Of a stretch of 64,000 nucleotides of DNA, positions 23,707 through 33,140 are shown one piece after another (the first letter of the stretch is position 1; each line of letters begins with the position of its first letter). Where the stretch lies: assembly GCA_963804165.1 (NCBI GenBank), contig CAWDPO010000006.1, forward strand, positions 128,001-192,000. The letters run 5' to 3'. The notes under the pieces are model-generated. The model worked only from the letters and a program-made list of their open reading frames with translations, was not told where the DNA came from and did no database searches. The position numbers and the translations under genes were made by a program. The stretch comes from an uncultured delta proteobacterium (lineage in GTDB: Bacteria > Desulfobacterota > Binatia > UBA9968).

Positions 23707-24702
23707 CTACAATCGATCGATAAAGCCGCTCTTGTCGAGCTCGCGCACCAGGCGCGCGTCGAGGAAATCTTCCGGCTTCGCGTCACGCGCTTTGGCTTGG
23801 GTTTTTTCCAGAGTCTTCAGCAGCACCGCAACGCCTTCGACACTCGGGGATGGCGGGATCTCGAGATGCAGTGTGACGCGCTCATAGGCGTCGTCGAGCA
23901 TCTCGCGGTCATTGGTGCCGAGATATTTGGCCATAACGCGAGTCGCGAATGTCTTATCCCTCTTAGCGAGCGCGGCGCCTTCGATGTAGGCGCGCAGGAA
24001 ACGGCGCACCGTGTCCTCGTTTGTTTTAAGATATTTTCGCGTCGTCACCACGCCGTTTTGGTGGATCGTCGCCTCGAGCTTCGCCATATCGAGAAGCTCG
24101 CGCATGTTCGCTTTTCTGGCACGCATCGTGGCCGGCACGGACAGCGCGGCGGCCTGAACTTTTCCGGTGAGAAGCGCGAGGACGGTTTCGGGTTGGCCGC
24201 CGGTCTGAACCATCGTGATGTCCCGTTCGGGATTGAGCCCATTTTTTTCCAGGGCAAAACGCGATGCGAAATCGGAGAGCGTGCCGAAGCGCGTGGCGCC
24301 AAAGAGCTTACCTTTCAAATCGGCGATCCGGGTAATTTCCGGCCGGCTGAAAATGGAAAACAAAAACTTTTTGAGAATCGTCGCCACGATCACCGTATCG
24401 GCGCCGGCAAAATTGGCCTGCATCGACGCCGTGCCGCCGAGCTGAATGATCGGCACCTCACCGGAGAGCATCGCCTGGAGTGCCAGCGAGCTTCCTGGAA
24501 TCGAGATCGCCTCGATGGCAAGCCCATGCTTTTCGTAAAGGTTCGCTTCCTTGGCAAACCACATCGCCATCTGCGGCGCGCCCACCGAGCCGCCACCGAC
24601 GCGAATTCTTTCCAACTTCTTGTCTTGAGCGGCGCACGGCGAAGACAAAGCTGTTATCAAAGTGACCAACGTGATGACGTAGAGCGCTTGCTTCATGAGC
24701 AC
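23707..24702 (-). CDS. NitT/TauT-family ABC substrate-binding protein
   Basis: Signal peptide; LYEKHGL, DLKGKLFG and GLNPERDI motifs. Confidence 0.87.
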   Translation of the reverse strand: MLMKQALYVITLVTLITALSSPCAAQDKKLERIRVGGGSVGAPQMAMWFAKEANLYEKHGLAIEAISIPGSSLALQAMLSGEVPIIQLGGTASMQANFAGADTVIVATILKKFLFSIFSRPEITRIADLKGKLFGATRFGTLSDFASRFALEKNGLNPERDITMVQTGGQPETVLALLTGKVQAAALSVPATMRARKANMRELLDMAKLEATIHQNGVVTTRKYLKTNEDTVRRFLRAYIEGAALAKRDKTFATRVMAKYLGTNDREMLDDAYERVTLHLEIPPSPSVEGVAVLLKTLEKTQAKARDAKPEDFLDARLVRELDKSGFIDRL

Positions 24703-24936
24703 CTCTGATTTTGCTTCATTCAGTTCAATTCGTTCGGGCCGTTCAGATCGGTCACGGAGTGGGAGCGACCGTCCAAGGTTAAATAGGCCAGAACGTTCTA
24801 TGGATCAAGCGGAGAATTGTTATAGCGTTCAATCGTCACGCGAATGTGGCCGGGGAGGATTTCTTGGACTTTCATCGGATGCACGGCCGGCCGCCGGCGC
24901 AGACTGACGCGCGGCATTGTGATATACCAAGCAGCT

Positions 24937-26149
24937 ATGGACAAGGATCATTTTGCCGATCTGGCCGCCTGGATCACCGCGGCGGGTCTGGAAGGTCAGA
25001 CCGAGACGGCGACGCTAACCGGTTTTTGTGAGCGCGCCTCGACGCTCGGTCTGCCGCTCGCGCGTGGCAATGTCGTCATCGACACGCTGCATCCTATCTA
25101 CGAAGGCCGCGCCTTCACGTGGAAGCGGGATCAACAGGAAACGGTGCTCACCGAGTTTGGTCGCAGCGATGAGGATTCGGGCCGCTGGGAACATAGCCCG
25201 TATTATAGTCTCGAGATCTCCGGCGAGTCGCTTCTAAGACGACGATTGACGGCGGACAGCGACGCCGAATTTCCCATCCTCGCCGATCTGCGCGCGGCAG
25301 GTATGACGGACTACATGGCGATGACGAATCGGTTCGCCGCCGAAGAGATCATAGGCGGCATGGATTGTGTCTATTCGTCGTGGGCTACGGATGCTTCCGG
25401 AGGCTTCCGAGACACCGACGTCGCCAATCTATCGCGACTGGTGCCCTTGGTCGCGCTCACGCTCAAATCCGCGTCGCTGACGCGCATCGCGGGTACTTTG
25501 GTCGAGACCTATCTCGGCCGCGATGCCGGTCGAAAAGTCTTGGGCGGCCACATTGCGCGCGGCGTTCGCGGATCGGATCGACGCCGTTCTGTGGTTTAGT
25601 GACTTACGCAACTACACGCGGATCAGCGATACCGCGGCACCCGAACAGATTATCCCGCTGCTCAATGAATACGCCGACGCGATTCTCTCAGCGATCCATG
25701 AATCCGGCGGCGACGTCCTGAAACTGATGGGTGACGGGACACTCGCCATCTTCACGGCGGACGATCGCGCCCGCGCCTGCCATGCGGCCCTTGCCGCCGC
25801 TGCCGAGGCGCGCCGCGCCGTCGCCGTGGTCAATCATCGACGCGCCGCCGAGAGTTTACCCACCACCAATATGTACCTCGGTCTTCATGTCGGCGAAGTG
25901 TTTTACGGTAACATCGGCAGCCGTGAGCGACTCGATTTCACTGTGGTCGGCCCAGCGGTCAACGAAGTGAGCCGCATCGCCAGTCTGTGCCGCTCCGTCG
26001 ACCAGCCGCTGCTCATCTCTTCCGCGTTCGCGTCTGCGATCGGCGAACCGAAGGAACTGCTCGTCTCCGTCGGACGCTACGCGCTCCGCGGCGTCGGACG
26101 CGCCCAGGATTTATACACACTCGAACCCGAGCCCGACGTGCCGGATTGA
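24937..26149 (+). CDS. class III adenylate/guanylate cyclase, frameshifted near 25565
   Basis: N-terminal half ends ...ETYLGRDAG...IARGV; the next frame continues DRIDAVLWFSDLRNYT...KLMGDG...FTVVGPAVNEVSRI. Confidence 0.85.
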
Positions 26150-26186
26150 AGTAAACTCTGATACCAACGCGCCGACTCAAGCCGCC

Positions 26187-26310
26187 GGCTCAATGGCTGC
26201 CGCAGATCACATTCAGCACCGCTTGGCGCATATCTTCTTTGACGACTTTGAGCGCGCGTATAGCGCCGGCAAAACCTGCTGCGGGTCATCATCGTCTCGA
26301 AGTGACCGCC
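26187..26310 (-). repeat. degenerate copy of the 3' end of the TPP-enzyme gene (about 27407..27531)
   Basis: Both places read ggctcaatggctgccgcagatcacattcagcaccgcttggcgc..., offset 1220 bp. Confidence 0.9.
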
Positions 26311-26320
26311 AAAGCAAGTT

Positions 26321-27265
26321 TCATGCAGCCGCTTTATGAACACGAATAATGAGCGGCATCGAAGCCGCAGGCAAAAATACTGAAGCGGCACCGCAGTTCA
26401 AACATTCGTCGCCTTGGCCAAGAAACCACAACATGGCTTCATGGCTATCGATTGAATTAACAGCGTCGCTGTCCGGGACCCAATATTTCTCATAGTTGGG
26501 GCTCAAACGGCGATATCGCAATCTGGTTGGTCCAAATCGAGCGACAAGACTGCGGACCATCCGGTTCGGCACTAATGTCATTATCCTAAACGGCGCTGAG
26601 GAGCGCACTGGAATACTTGCCTTGACGATTTTCCCAATCAAGTGGAAATCAGAATACGGCCTGACTTCGTAACCCTCGGCGGCCCAAGAATTACAATTCC
26701 ACGCCGGAAGCAGGAAAAGTACTCCATTGTCTCGCGTAACACGTCGAGCCTCATGAAACGCCTGCTCCGGATTAGGTACATGCTCGAATACCCAAATCGA
26801 CCAGACGCCGTCAAAACTATTATCTGGAAACGGCATCGCCGTGGCTGAGCCGAGGACGAATTTCTTATGGTAGAAGCGCGCTACGCTGGGAGAGATGTCC
26901 AGCCCGGTATAATTTTGCGCGACGTCCTGCAAATAGCCGCGCCCCGAGCCAATCTCCAAAACGGGTCTATCGCTTAGATTAAACCGCTTAACAAACTCCG
27001 CCACTTGCTCTTCAATGTGGGACTCTTTCGCCACGGCCTCCGCGACGCGAAGATAGGTTGTTTCATATTCGGAGCTTCCTTGGTTTTCGCCTTCCGGCTT
27101 GCGATATGCCTCGGTGTAGTATTTGCGCGCCGCCTCTACTTCCTGCTGGGTGAGAGGCGCATCCGCGTCATAGGGAAAATGAATGAAGCTAAGTACGACG
27201 ACTAGAATTAGCGTCCCAACACCGACGTGTTTCAGTGCTCTCAGATACTTCTTAACCTTTTCCAT
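26321..27265 (-). CDS. class I SAM-dependent methyltransferase with N-terminal TM anchor
   Basis: VLEIGSGRG, GLDIS, MPFPDNSFD and FEHVPNP motifs. Confidence 0.88.
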   Translation of the reverse strand: MEKVKKYLRALKHVGVGTLILVVVLSFIHFPYDADAPLTQQEVEAARKYYTEAYRKPEGENQGSSEYETTYLRVAEAVAKESHIEEQVAEFVKRFNLSDRPVLEIGSGRGYLQDVAQNYTGLDISPSVARFYHKKFVLGSATAMPFPDNSFDGVWSIWVFEHVPNPEQAFHEARRVTRDNGVLFLLPAWNCNSWAAEGYEVRPYSDFHLIGKIVKASIPVRSSAPFRIMTLVPNRMVRSLVARFGPTRLRYRRLSPNYEKYWVPDSDAVNSIDSHEAMLWFLGQGDECLNCGAASVFLPAASMPLIIRVHKAAA

Positions 27266-27409
27266 TAACTCTTACGCGAGGACATCAAATCGGAATTGAG
27301 GCGAATAAGGCTACGAACCTCATGCTTCGATAAGCGTTTCGTTACGCTCGATCGCCAGAGCTACTGAGCTCTCGACCACACGGCACTTGAACGACGACAG
27401 CGCGACGGC

Positions 27410-29131
27410 TCAATGGCTGCCGCAGATCACATTCAGCACCGCTTGGCGCTTCTCTTCTTTGACGACTTTGAGCGCGCGCTGTAGCGCCGGCAAAACCTGC
27501 TGCGGATCATCGACCATCTCGCCGTAACCGCCGTGCGCCGCGACGACCATTTCGTAGCGCGGCGACGGCGTGAGATTGCACAGCGGAAAATTGTCCGTAC
27601 TCACTGCCCACCCGTCCGGCATGACCTGCTGCGTCGCCGCCTTGGTCGAGTGCCAGATGGCGTTGTTGCAAACGATCGTGAGCATGGGGAGATCGTAGGC
27701 CTGAGAAACGAAATGACACGCGGTCGGATTATTGAACATATAAGTACCGTCGCCGACGCTAGCGATCACGGTTTTCTCGGGATGAGCGAGTTTCATACCC
27801 AAAGCGCCGCCGATGCCCCAGCCCAATCCACCGGCGGGCGAACCACCGAAATAAGTAGCCGGCTCGCTCAGGCTGAGCTGCTCTTGCGACACGCCGTGAT
27901 CGTTGACGATCAGCGTATCCGCGTCTCTGACTTGATCGACGCAGTAGGACAACCACGCGGTGTCGATCGGCCTTTGACTGCTCGCCTTTTCAGCCCTCTG
28001 TTTCGCCCGCTCACGATAGCGTTTGTGCTCCGCGCGAATTTTCTCCCCGCGCTCAGCTGACAACTTTTCGTTCCGCGGTTGGCTTCTCAATTCCTGTGCG
28101 AGCAGCTGCAGCGCCAATTTGGGATCGCCGCCGATGGAAATGTCCTTGGGAAAATTGCGGATCGGAATGCCGCTGTAATTCGGATCGCGAGCGATCTGGA
28201 TAACCTTGCAGTTCTCGGGCGGCTTGCCTTGGAATGGATACCACGGTACATCGCACTCGACCACCACCACGACGTCGGCATCTTTAATGTAGGGCGCGGA
28301 ACTGACGCCGAGATGAAAGTCATGCGTGTTGGGAAAACTCACGAACGGGCTCGCTGGCGTGACCACCGGCGCGGCCAACGCCTCGGCGAACGAAACCATC
28401 GCGCTCACCGCCGTGGGATCGGAGCCCAATCGGCCGGTGATAATCAATGGGCTCACCGCGCCGCGCAATATTTCCGCAGTGCGCTTGATCGTTTCGTCGC
28501 TCGGTCGCAAGCCTTCCTCTCGGTTCTTGCGAAACGGATGAATCGTGACCGATTCCATCTTTTGCGCCAGCACTTCGCGCGGCAGAGTCAAATAGACCGG
28601 ACCCTGCGGCGTGCCGAGGGCCATTTCCAGCGCTCTATCAACGACGGTCTCCACTTGATCACCATTGCGCAACTCGTAGTCCCAACGCGTGAACTCGCGC
28701 AACAAGCTGCCCTGATCGAAAGACTCTTGACCCCAATGGATGAAATTGCTGCGACTGCCCCTCATTCCCTCTTCCGTGAGCGGCGTCCTACCCGCGGAAA
28801 AAATCATCGGCACGTTGAGTCGCGACGCGTTCATCACCGCCGCCGAGGCATTCCCGGTACCCACGATCACATGAACCATGACGACCTGCGGCTCACCAGT
28901 GATCATGGCGTAGCCCTGCGCCATACTCACCGCGACGAACTCATGCGGCACCGTGATCGGCATCGGATGCATTTTTTTATCGGCAGCAAACTTCGCCAAC
29001 CCGTCGATGATCGGTCCAAAGTCGGTGCCGCTATTGCCGAAAAAATATTTGATCCCTCGTGCCCGAAGGATTTCCAAATACGCTTGCCCGACGGTCTCGA
29101 CTGGAATCGTTATTGTCTTGTTTGTGTCCAT
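27410..29131 (-). CDS. thiamine pyrophosphate-dependent enzyme (acetolactate synthase/benzoylformate decarboxylase-like)
   Basis: FGNSGTD, PHEFVAVSMA and TPP motif GDGTY...NN. Confidence 0.92.
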   Translation of the reverse strand: MDTNKTITIPVETVGQAYLEILRARGIKYFFGNSGTDFGPIIDGLAKFAADKKMHPMPITVPHEFVAVSMAQGYAMITGEPQVVMVHVIVGTGNASAAVMNASRLNVPMIFSAGRTPLTEEGMRGSRSNFIHWGQESFDQGSLLREFTRWDYELRNGDQVETVVDRALEMALGTPQGPVYLTLPREVLAQKMESVTIHPFRKNREEGLRPSDETIKRTAEILRGAVSPLIITGRLGSDPTAVSAMVSFAEALAAPVVTPASPFVSFPNTHDFHLGVSSAPYIKDADVVVVVECDVPWYPFQGKPPENCKVIQIARDPNYSGIPIRNFPKDISIGGDPKLALQLLAQELRSQPRNEKLSAERGEKIRAEHKRYRERAKQRAEKASSQRPIDTAWLSYCVDQVRDADTLIVNDHGVSQEQLSLSEPATYFGGSPAGGLGWGIGGALGMKLAHPEKTVIASVGDGTYMFNNPTACHFVSQAYDLPMLTIVCNNAIWHSTKAATQQVMPDGWAVSTDNFPLCNLTPSPRYEMVVAAHGGYGEMVDDPQQVLPALQRALKVVKEEKRQAVLNVICGSH

Positions 29132-29394
29132 GACAATGCTCCTCTAATTGGGTTATGAAATAATCCCTATGCTAAAATCTGGGAAAAATCAGCTAGAAAC
29201 CGCACTCCGATATACTAGCCCACAGCAGCATGCTATCGCGAATCAATAACACAAAGGCCAATTTATCCCAAAGGCATCACCCCGCACGCTTGGGGTCCAG
29301 GTCCAGTTTCTATCTGCATTCCCGATAGAAGCATTCGGGAAGGAATGACACACTCTGAGAGGTCTTCTGTTGTTAGGCTGCGAAAAAAAATATA

Positions 29395-29449
29395 GCATTG
29401 CCCACTTTACTGAATTGTTGGTTGGAATAACGCAACGACTTAGTTAAGC
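29395..29449 (+). other. attI-like motif, copy 1
   Basis: GCATTGCCCA..TTAC..AATTGTTGG..TAAC...GTTAAGC ending in GTTRRRY just before a gene; similar to 30140..30199. Confidence 0.45.
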
Positions 29450-29467
29450 AGCCGCGTGGCAGTGCTT

Positions 29468-30064
29468 ATGAAGAATCAAGGAGTCAGTCGACGACGTTTT
29501 CTGGCGCTTTGCGGGGGTGGGTTCGCGGGAATATGGCTCGCAGGCACAGGATTTGTACCCCTGCCATCCGAAATGGTGTTCGCCATGTCTGGATCGTGCT
29601 CCTTCTGCGGAAAGGAAGCGAAGGAAATTTTCGGTCTCGCCGGAATTACCCACCGGAACAGTCGAATCTGCAACGAATGCATTGAGTTGTGCTTCGACAT
29701 CGTTGCGGAGGGAGGGGGTATTCGGCCTCCCACTCACTCACACACCGAATCCGACGCCGCGAGCGCTGATGCAGCCCTGACCCACTCGCAGCTACTCGAC
29801 GACCTGCAGCGTCGCATAGAAACTGGCGAGCGTGGCGATCCGTTGGTTGAAGCCCTGGCAATCTTGCTGGCTGCACAAGAGGAGATCGTGAACAAACCGC
29901 CGATGCTCACACCTCCCGTTGAGGAACTTATCTGTTCCTTCTGTGACAGGCATCATGACAATGTCGCGAAACTGATCGCGGGCCCGACAGTTTACATTTG
30001 CGATGGCTGCGTCGGTGATGCAGGCGCACTGTTCAAACGTTACGGCTGGCGACCTGGAGCGTGA
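29468..30064 (+). CDS. protein with twin-arginine-like signal and two ClpX C4-type zinc fingers
   Basis: SRRRFL plus hydrophobic stretch; CSFCGK...ICNECIELC and CSFCD...[15 protein letters not shown]. Confidence 0.8.
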   Translation: MKNQGVSRRRFLALCGGGFAGIWLAGTGFVPLPSEMVFAMSGSCSFCGKEAKEIFGLAGITHRNSRICNECIELCFDIVAEGGGIRPPTHSHTESDAASADAALTHSQLLDDLQRRIETGERGDPLVEALAILLAAQEEIVNKPPMLTPPVEELICSFCDRHHDNVAKLIAGPTVYICDGCVGDAGALFKRYGWRPGA

Positions 30065-30139
30065 TAGGGAATCAGTCTGCAGAACGCCGTTAACCAAGCG
30101 GCTTCAGGCGGGTTACCACCCGCGAACCTTATATACGGG

Positions 30140-30199
30140 GCATTGCCCAGTCTTACAAAATTGTTGGGATAAAGTAACCGACCCACCTAATCGTTATCC
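30140..30199 (+). other. attI-like motif, copy 2
   Basis: GCATTGCCCA..TTAC..AATTGTTGG..TAAC...GTTATCC, 4 bp before ATG 30204. Confidence 0.45.
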
Positions 30200-30203
30200 T
30201 CGA

Positions 30204-30644
30204 ATGGCTCGTCGACTGCGCAAAATTAAATGGTTCGTTGCCGATCTTGTCATGGAGATCAAGGTCGAGCGCGATGCTCGCAATGTTGTCCACGTCAACA
30301 CGGTCCTGGTTTGCGCGCGAGATCTTGAACAGGCATATAAGCGTTCCTTGAAACTCGGCAGGTCCCAGGCATGGAAACCTTATTCGAATCCTGCGGGACG
30401 CAAAGTCTCAACGCGTTTCGTCGGGCTGGGTTTCCTGGGTGACGTTTCGGGGCCGCTTGAGCACGGAGTAGAACTCGTGTACGCGGAGCACGTTGGAGTA
30501 GGAAAGGCCAAGTTAGCTCGAATGGTACGTAGTAAGAAGGATTTGCTCATGCCTCCGGAGAAAAGGAAGCACCGAAACACGCCGGACGACGCAAACGGAG
30601 ATGTTGCTCGTGATTATGAAAATTACCTTAAATCGTTCACGTGA
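30204..30644 (+). CDS. DUF4288-like protein
   Basis: KWFVADLVME...VLVCARDLEQAY...YSNPAG...RFVGL...GVEL pattern. Confidence 0.7.
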   Translation: MARRLRKIKWFVADLVMEIKVERDARNVVHVNTVLVCARDLEQAYKRSLKLGRSQAWKPYSNPAGRKVSTRFVGLGFLGDVSGPLEHGVELVYAEHVGVGKAKLARMVRSKKDLLMPPEKRKHRNTPDDANGDVARDYENYLKSFT

Positions 30645-30668
30645 CCGCAGTGAACGACACTTCGTGCC

Positions 30669-30760
30669 GCCCAAGACACGGGGATGAGGCCGATTATTCG
30701 CACCTTGCCCAATATCCGGTTGAGGTTCGGCGCTCGCACGGCTCAGCCGGCGCGCTAGAC
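30669..30760 (+). other. degenerate integron attC-like site
   Basis: GCCCAAG..GGGATGAGGCCG / CGGCTCAGCCGG..GCTAGAC imperfect inverted arms with an extra base; both core sites have one mismatch. Confidence 0.5.
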
Positions 30761-30830
30761 TCGCAGGAGTAGCATTGGCTGCGTACCTTGAAAGTCAACA
30801 CGCTGTCATGATAGCCGGACGTTGCAACTC

Positions 30831-31118
30831 ATGTACGAGCGCATCCTTCAGCGGTTTAGAGATAGAATCCAAAACCTGGATTACGTCGTCACTCTGCATG
30901 CCGAAGAAGAAATGGATGAGGACGGGCTCTCCGTTTTTGATCTGGAGAGCGCTGTGCTAAACGGTGAGATTGTCGAGCGTCAACGGGATCGCCTGACACG
31001 GGAATGGAAGTATGTTGTGAGCGGTACAGGTACCGACGGCGGCACCGTCGGCGTGGTCGGCAAGTTGAGCATTACAGGTTGTCTCGTTATAATCACCGTA
31101 TATAGGGTCCAAACATGA
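30831..31118 (+). CDS. DUF4258 domain protein (putative type II toxin)
   Basis: YVVTLHAEEEMDED...NGEIVERQRD...KYVVSG...IITVY pattern. Confidence 0.78.
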   Translation: MYERILQRFRDRIQNLDYVVTLHAEEEMDEDGLSVFDLESAVLNGEIVERQRDRLTREWKYVVSGTGTDGGTVGVVGKLSITGCLVIITVYRVQT

Positions 31119-31360
31119 CAGTTCGAAAATCTTTGATCTGCCAAATTTGCGGCAAAAGGGGAGCGCGCGAACGTCGCGTGACACGGAGCTACGGCAGTGG
31201 CAGCAACCTGCTCGTGGTTGAAGGAGTCCCGGTGATCAGCTGTCCGCATTGCGGCGAAAGCTACTTAACAGCTGCGACTCTCCACGACTTGGAACGGATC
31301 AAGCGCGATCGCAAAGAACTCTCCGCCAGGCGGCCCGTCGCGGTTGCCAACTTCGGCTAA
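31115..31360 (+). CDS. YgiT/MqsA-type zinc finger protein (putative antitoxin)
   Basis: CQICG...VEGVPVISCPHCGESY; ATGA overlap with the upstream gene. Confidence 0.8.
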   Translation: MTVRKSLICQICGKRGARERRVTRSYGSGSNLLVVEGVPVISCPHCGESYLTAATLHDLERIKRDRKELSARRPVAVANFG

Positions 31361-31434
31361 TCGATCCAACGACAATCTAATACCCCAGTTTGACCGGTGC
31401 GGTTGAGAACCGAGCCACTCAGCCAGAGAGTAAC

Positions 31435-31957
31435 CTACGTAAAATCTTCTCCCTGAACCAAAACCCGCAACCAAGTGACCGGCGTCGAATCTTGCACGCA
31501 GCGAAATCCTTTCACTTCGTTTTTCCACTCCGGCAAATAGCGGTGCGAGCAATCGCATGTGTTAGCCGGACCACAGAGGGCCTTGTAAGTTTGTCCGCCC
31601 ATATCGACGTCGGTGGAGGTCCACTCCCAAATATCGCCGCGCTTCTTGAGCTTTCCTGCCTTCGCACGTCGCCTTCCATTCATCGACGGTCGGCAACCGT
31701 CTTACCGACCAGCGGCAATACGCCGCAGCGTCGTGAAAATTCACCAGGACGACGGGATCGTCATCTTTGCCCTTGGGATAACGGCCGTGGCTCCAATACT
31801 CCGGCGCCGCGTGGCGTGTCGACAGAACGAATTTGAGATACTCGCCGTTGGTGACCTCGGTGGAATCAAATGCTGCCGCAGCGAGGAAATAAACCGGGAG
31901 AAAGAACGCCCAGAGGCGACCCAACCGGCTCGCATTTTTCGGCGTAGGAATTTGCAT
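31435..31957 (-). CDS. short FGE/SUMF1 (sulfatase-modifying factor) domain protein, frameshifted near 31660
   Basis: TEVTNGEY, PVVLVNFHDAAAYC and RRLPT, then in the next frame GDIWEWT...GFRC. Confidence 0.75.
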
Positions 31958-31985
31958 GACGATCCGTGCGGCGCTTTCAAATCAG

Positions 31986-32011
31986 AGGGCGACCAGCCGG
32001 TCGCCCCTACA
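31986..32011. repeat. REP-like palindrome GGGCGACCAGCCGGTCGCCCCTACA
   Basis: GTAGGGGCG-type hairpin; related copy at about 51440. Confidence 0.55.
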
Positions 32012-32101
32012 TCTTCTCCGTCGCTGATAGCGGCCAACTTCCGATTCCGAATCTTCGCAGTTTGCGTTCTTTCCGCTCTTTGCGGTTAAATCGTTTTTCC
32101 T

Positions 32102-33061
32102 TCACTTAAGCGCTTGCTGTAGCAAAGTGAAATCCACCAGCTGAGTCGGCGCGACGTTTTTGATGCCGGCCTCGGCCAACATCGTCGTGACGAGCGAATT
32201 CAGCATTGATTCTTCCACCATGCCGTTCTTCGTATAGTTGTTTTTCGCCATCTGATAGATATCCGCCGCCATCTCGCGATCGAGCTTGAGCCAACTCATC
32301 ATCACCTGCTGCGTGCCCTCGGGGTTCTCTTGCATGTATCTCAATGCCTGCGTCATTGCCTTTAGCATTCGCCGAACCTGATCGGGCTGTTCTTTAAGTT
32401 TTTTGGTATTGACCGCGAGACCGCCGGCCAAGAGGGCATGCAGATCGGCGGCATTGACGAGAAACTTCAGACCGGCTTTCTTCGCTCGAAAAGCTTCGCC
32501 GTAGTCCATCATCGAGCTATCGATCGCCCCTGAAAGAATCCCGGCAATGCGCGTTCCCGTGTCGACGATGCGGTAAATTACGTCTTTGTCGGGATCCAGG
32601 CCGTGATGCTTGAGAATGAACTTCGCGGAAATCTGCTGGGAACCGAGCAAGCCTGGCACGCCCAATGATTTGCCTTTCAACTCCGTCACCGACTTGATTT
32701 CGGGACGAACCACCAAGCCCCAAAACGGCCGCATCGTGCCGAGGAGCACGATTTTCACCGGCAAGCCGCGCGCAGCCGAGACGAAGCTGGAGCCTGCTCT
32801 GAGCGTATAGTCCACGTTGCCGCTCGCCAACGCGGCCCGGTCGACCTCCGACCGCGTCAGCAGAAACTTGATGTCGAGGTTCTGCTCGCGCATAAAACCG
32901 CGCTGGCGAGCAACTTCTGCGGGCAGAAACGTGACGGTTGGCCCGGCGTAGGAGGCGAGGATCTCTTCTAAGGCCAAGGTTCGCGCCGGCCATATGAGCG
33001 AGACGGTCGCCAGTAGAAGAAATACGATCGTCGGAATGCCACTGATTTTAGTGAGCTTCAT
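32102..33061 (-). CDS. NitT/TauT-family ABC substrate-binding protein
   Basis: Signal peptide; ELKGKSLG and HHGLDPDKDV motifs. Confidence 0.87.
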   Translation of the reverse strand: MKLTKISGIPTIVFLLLATVSLIWPARTLALEEILASYAGPTVTFLPAEVARQRGFMREQNLDIKFLLTRSEVDRAALASGNVDYTLRAGSSFVSAARGLPVKIVLLGTMRPFWGLVVRPEIKSVTELKGKSLGVPGLLGSQQISAKFILKHHGLDPDKDVIYRIVDTGTRIAGILSGAIDSSMMDYGEAFRAKKAGLKFLVNAADLHALLAGGLAVNTKKLKEQPDQVRRMLKAMTQALRYMQENPEGTQQVMMSWLKLDREMAADIYQMAKNNYTKNGMVEESMLNSLVTTMLAEAGIKNVAPTQLVDFTLLQQALK

Positions 33062-33140
33062 AATTAGTCCTCGCTGGAATGCGCGCCGTCGAATCAGATA
33101 ATTTGAATTCTGAAATTTGCCATTTGCCATGCGCGTAGCG

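Noticed and set aside
22087-23906. Diversity-generating retroelement TR/VR pair (duplicated gene 3' ends, also 26187/27407)
   Set aside because: The differences are not adenine-specific, they include indels, and there is no reverse transcriptase in the window.
23692-24708. Long alternative-frame or antisense ORFs (e.g. 43..1137, 23692..24708, 28079..29158, 49037..50134, 51644..52729)
   Set aside because: They fully overlap well-supported genes and lack recognisable motifs, as expected for shadow ORFs in GC-rich DNA.
25550-25600. Programmed ribosomal frameshift in the adenylate cyclase gene
   Set aside because: There is no slippery heptamer, and a single extra base explains it, like the other scattered indels.
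29468-30064. clpX gene
   Set aside because: Only zinc-finger domains are present, with no Walker motifs or AAA+ module and no clpP nearby.
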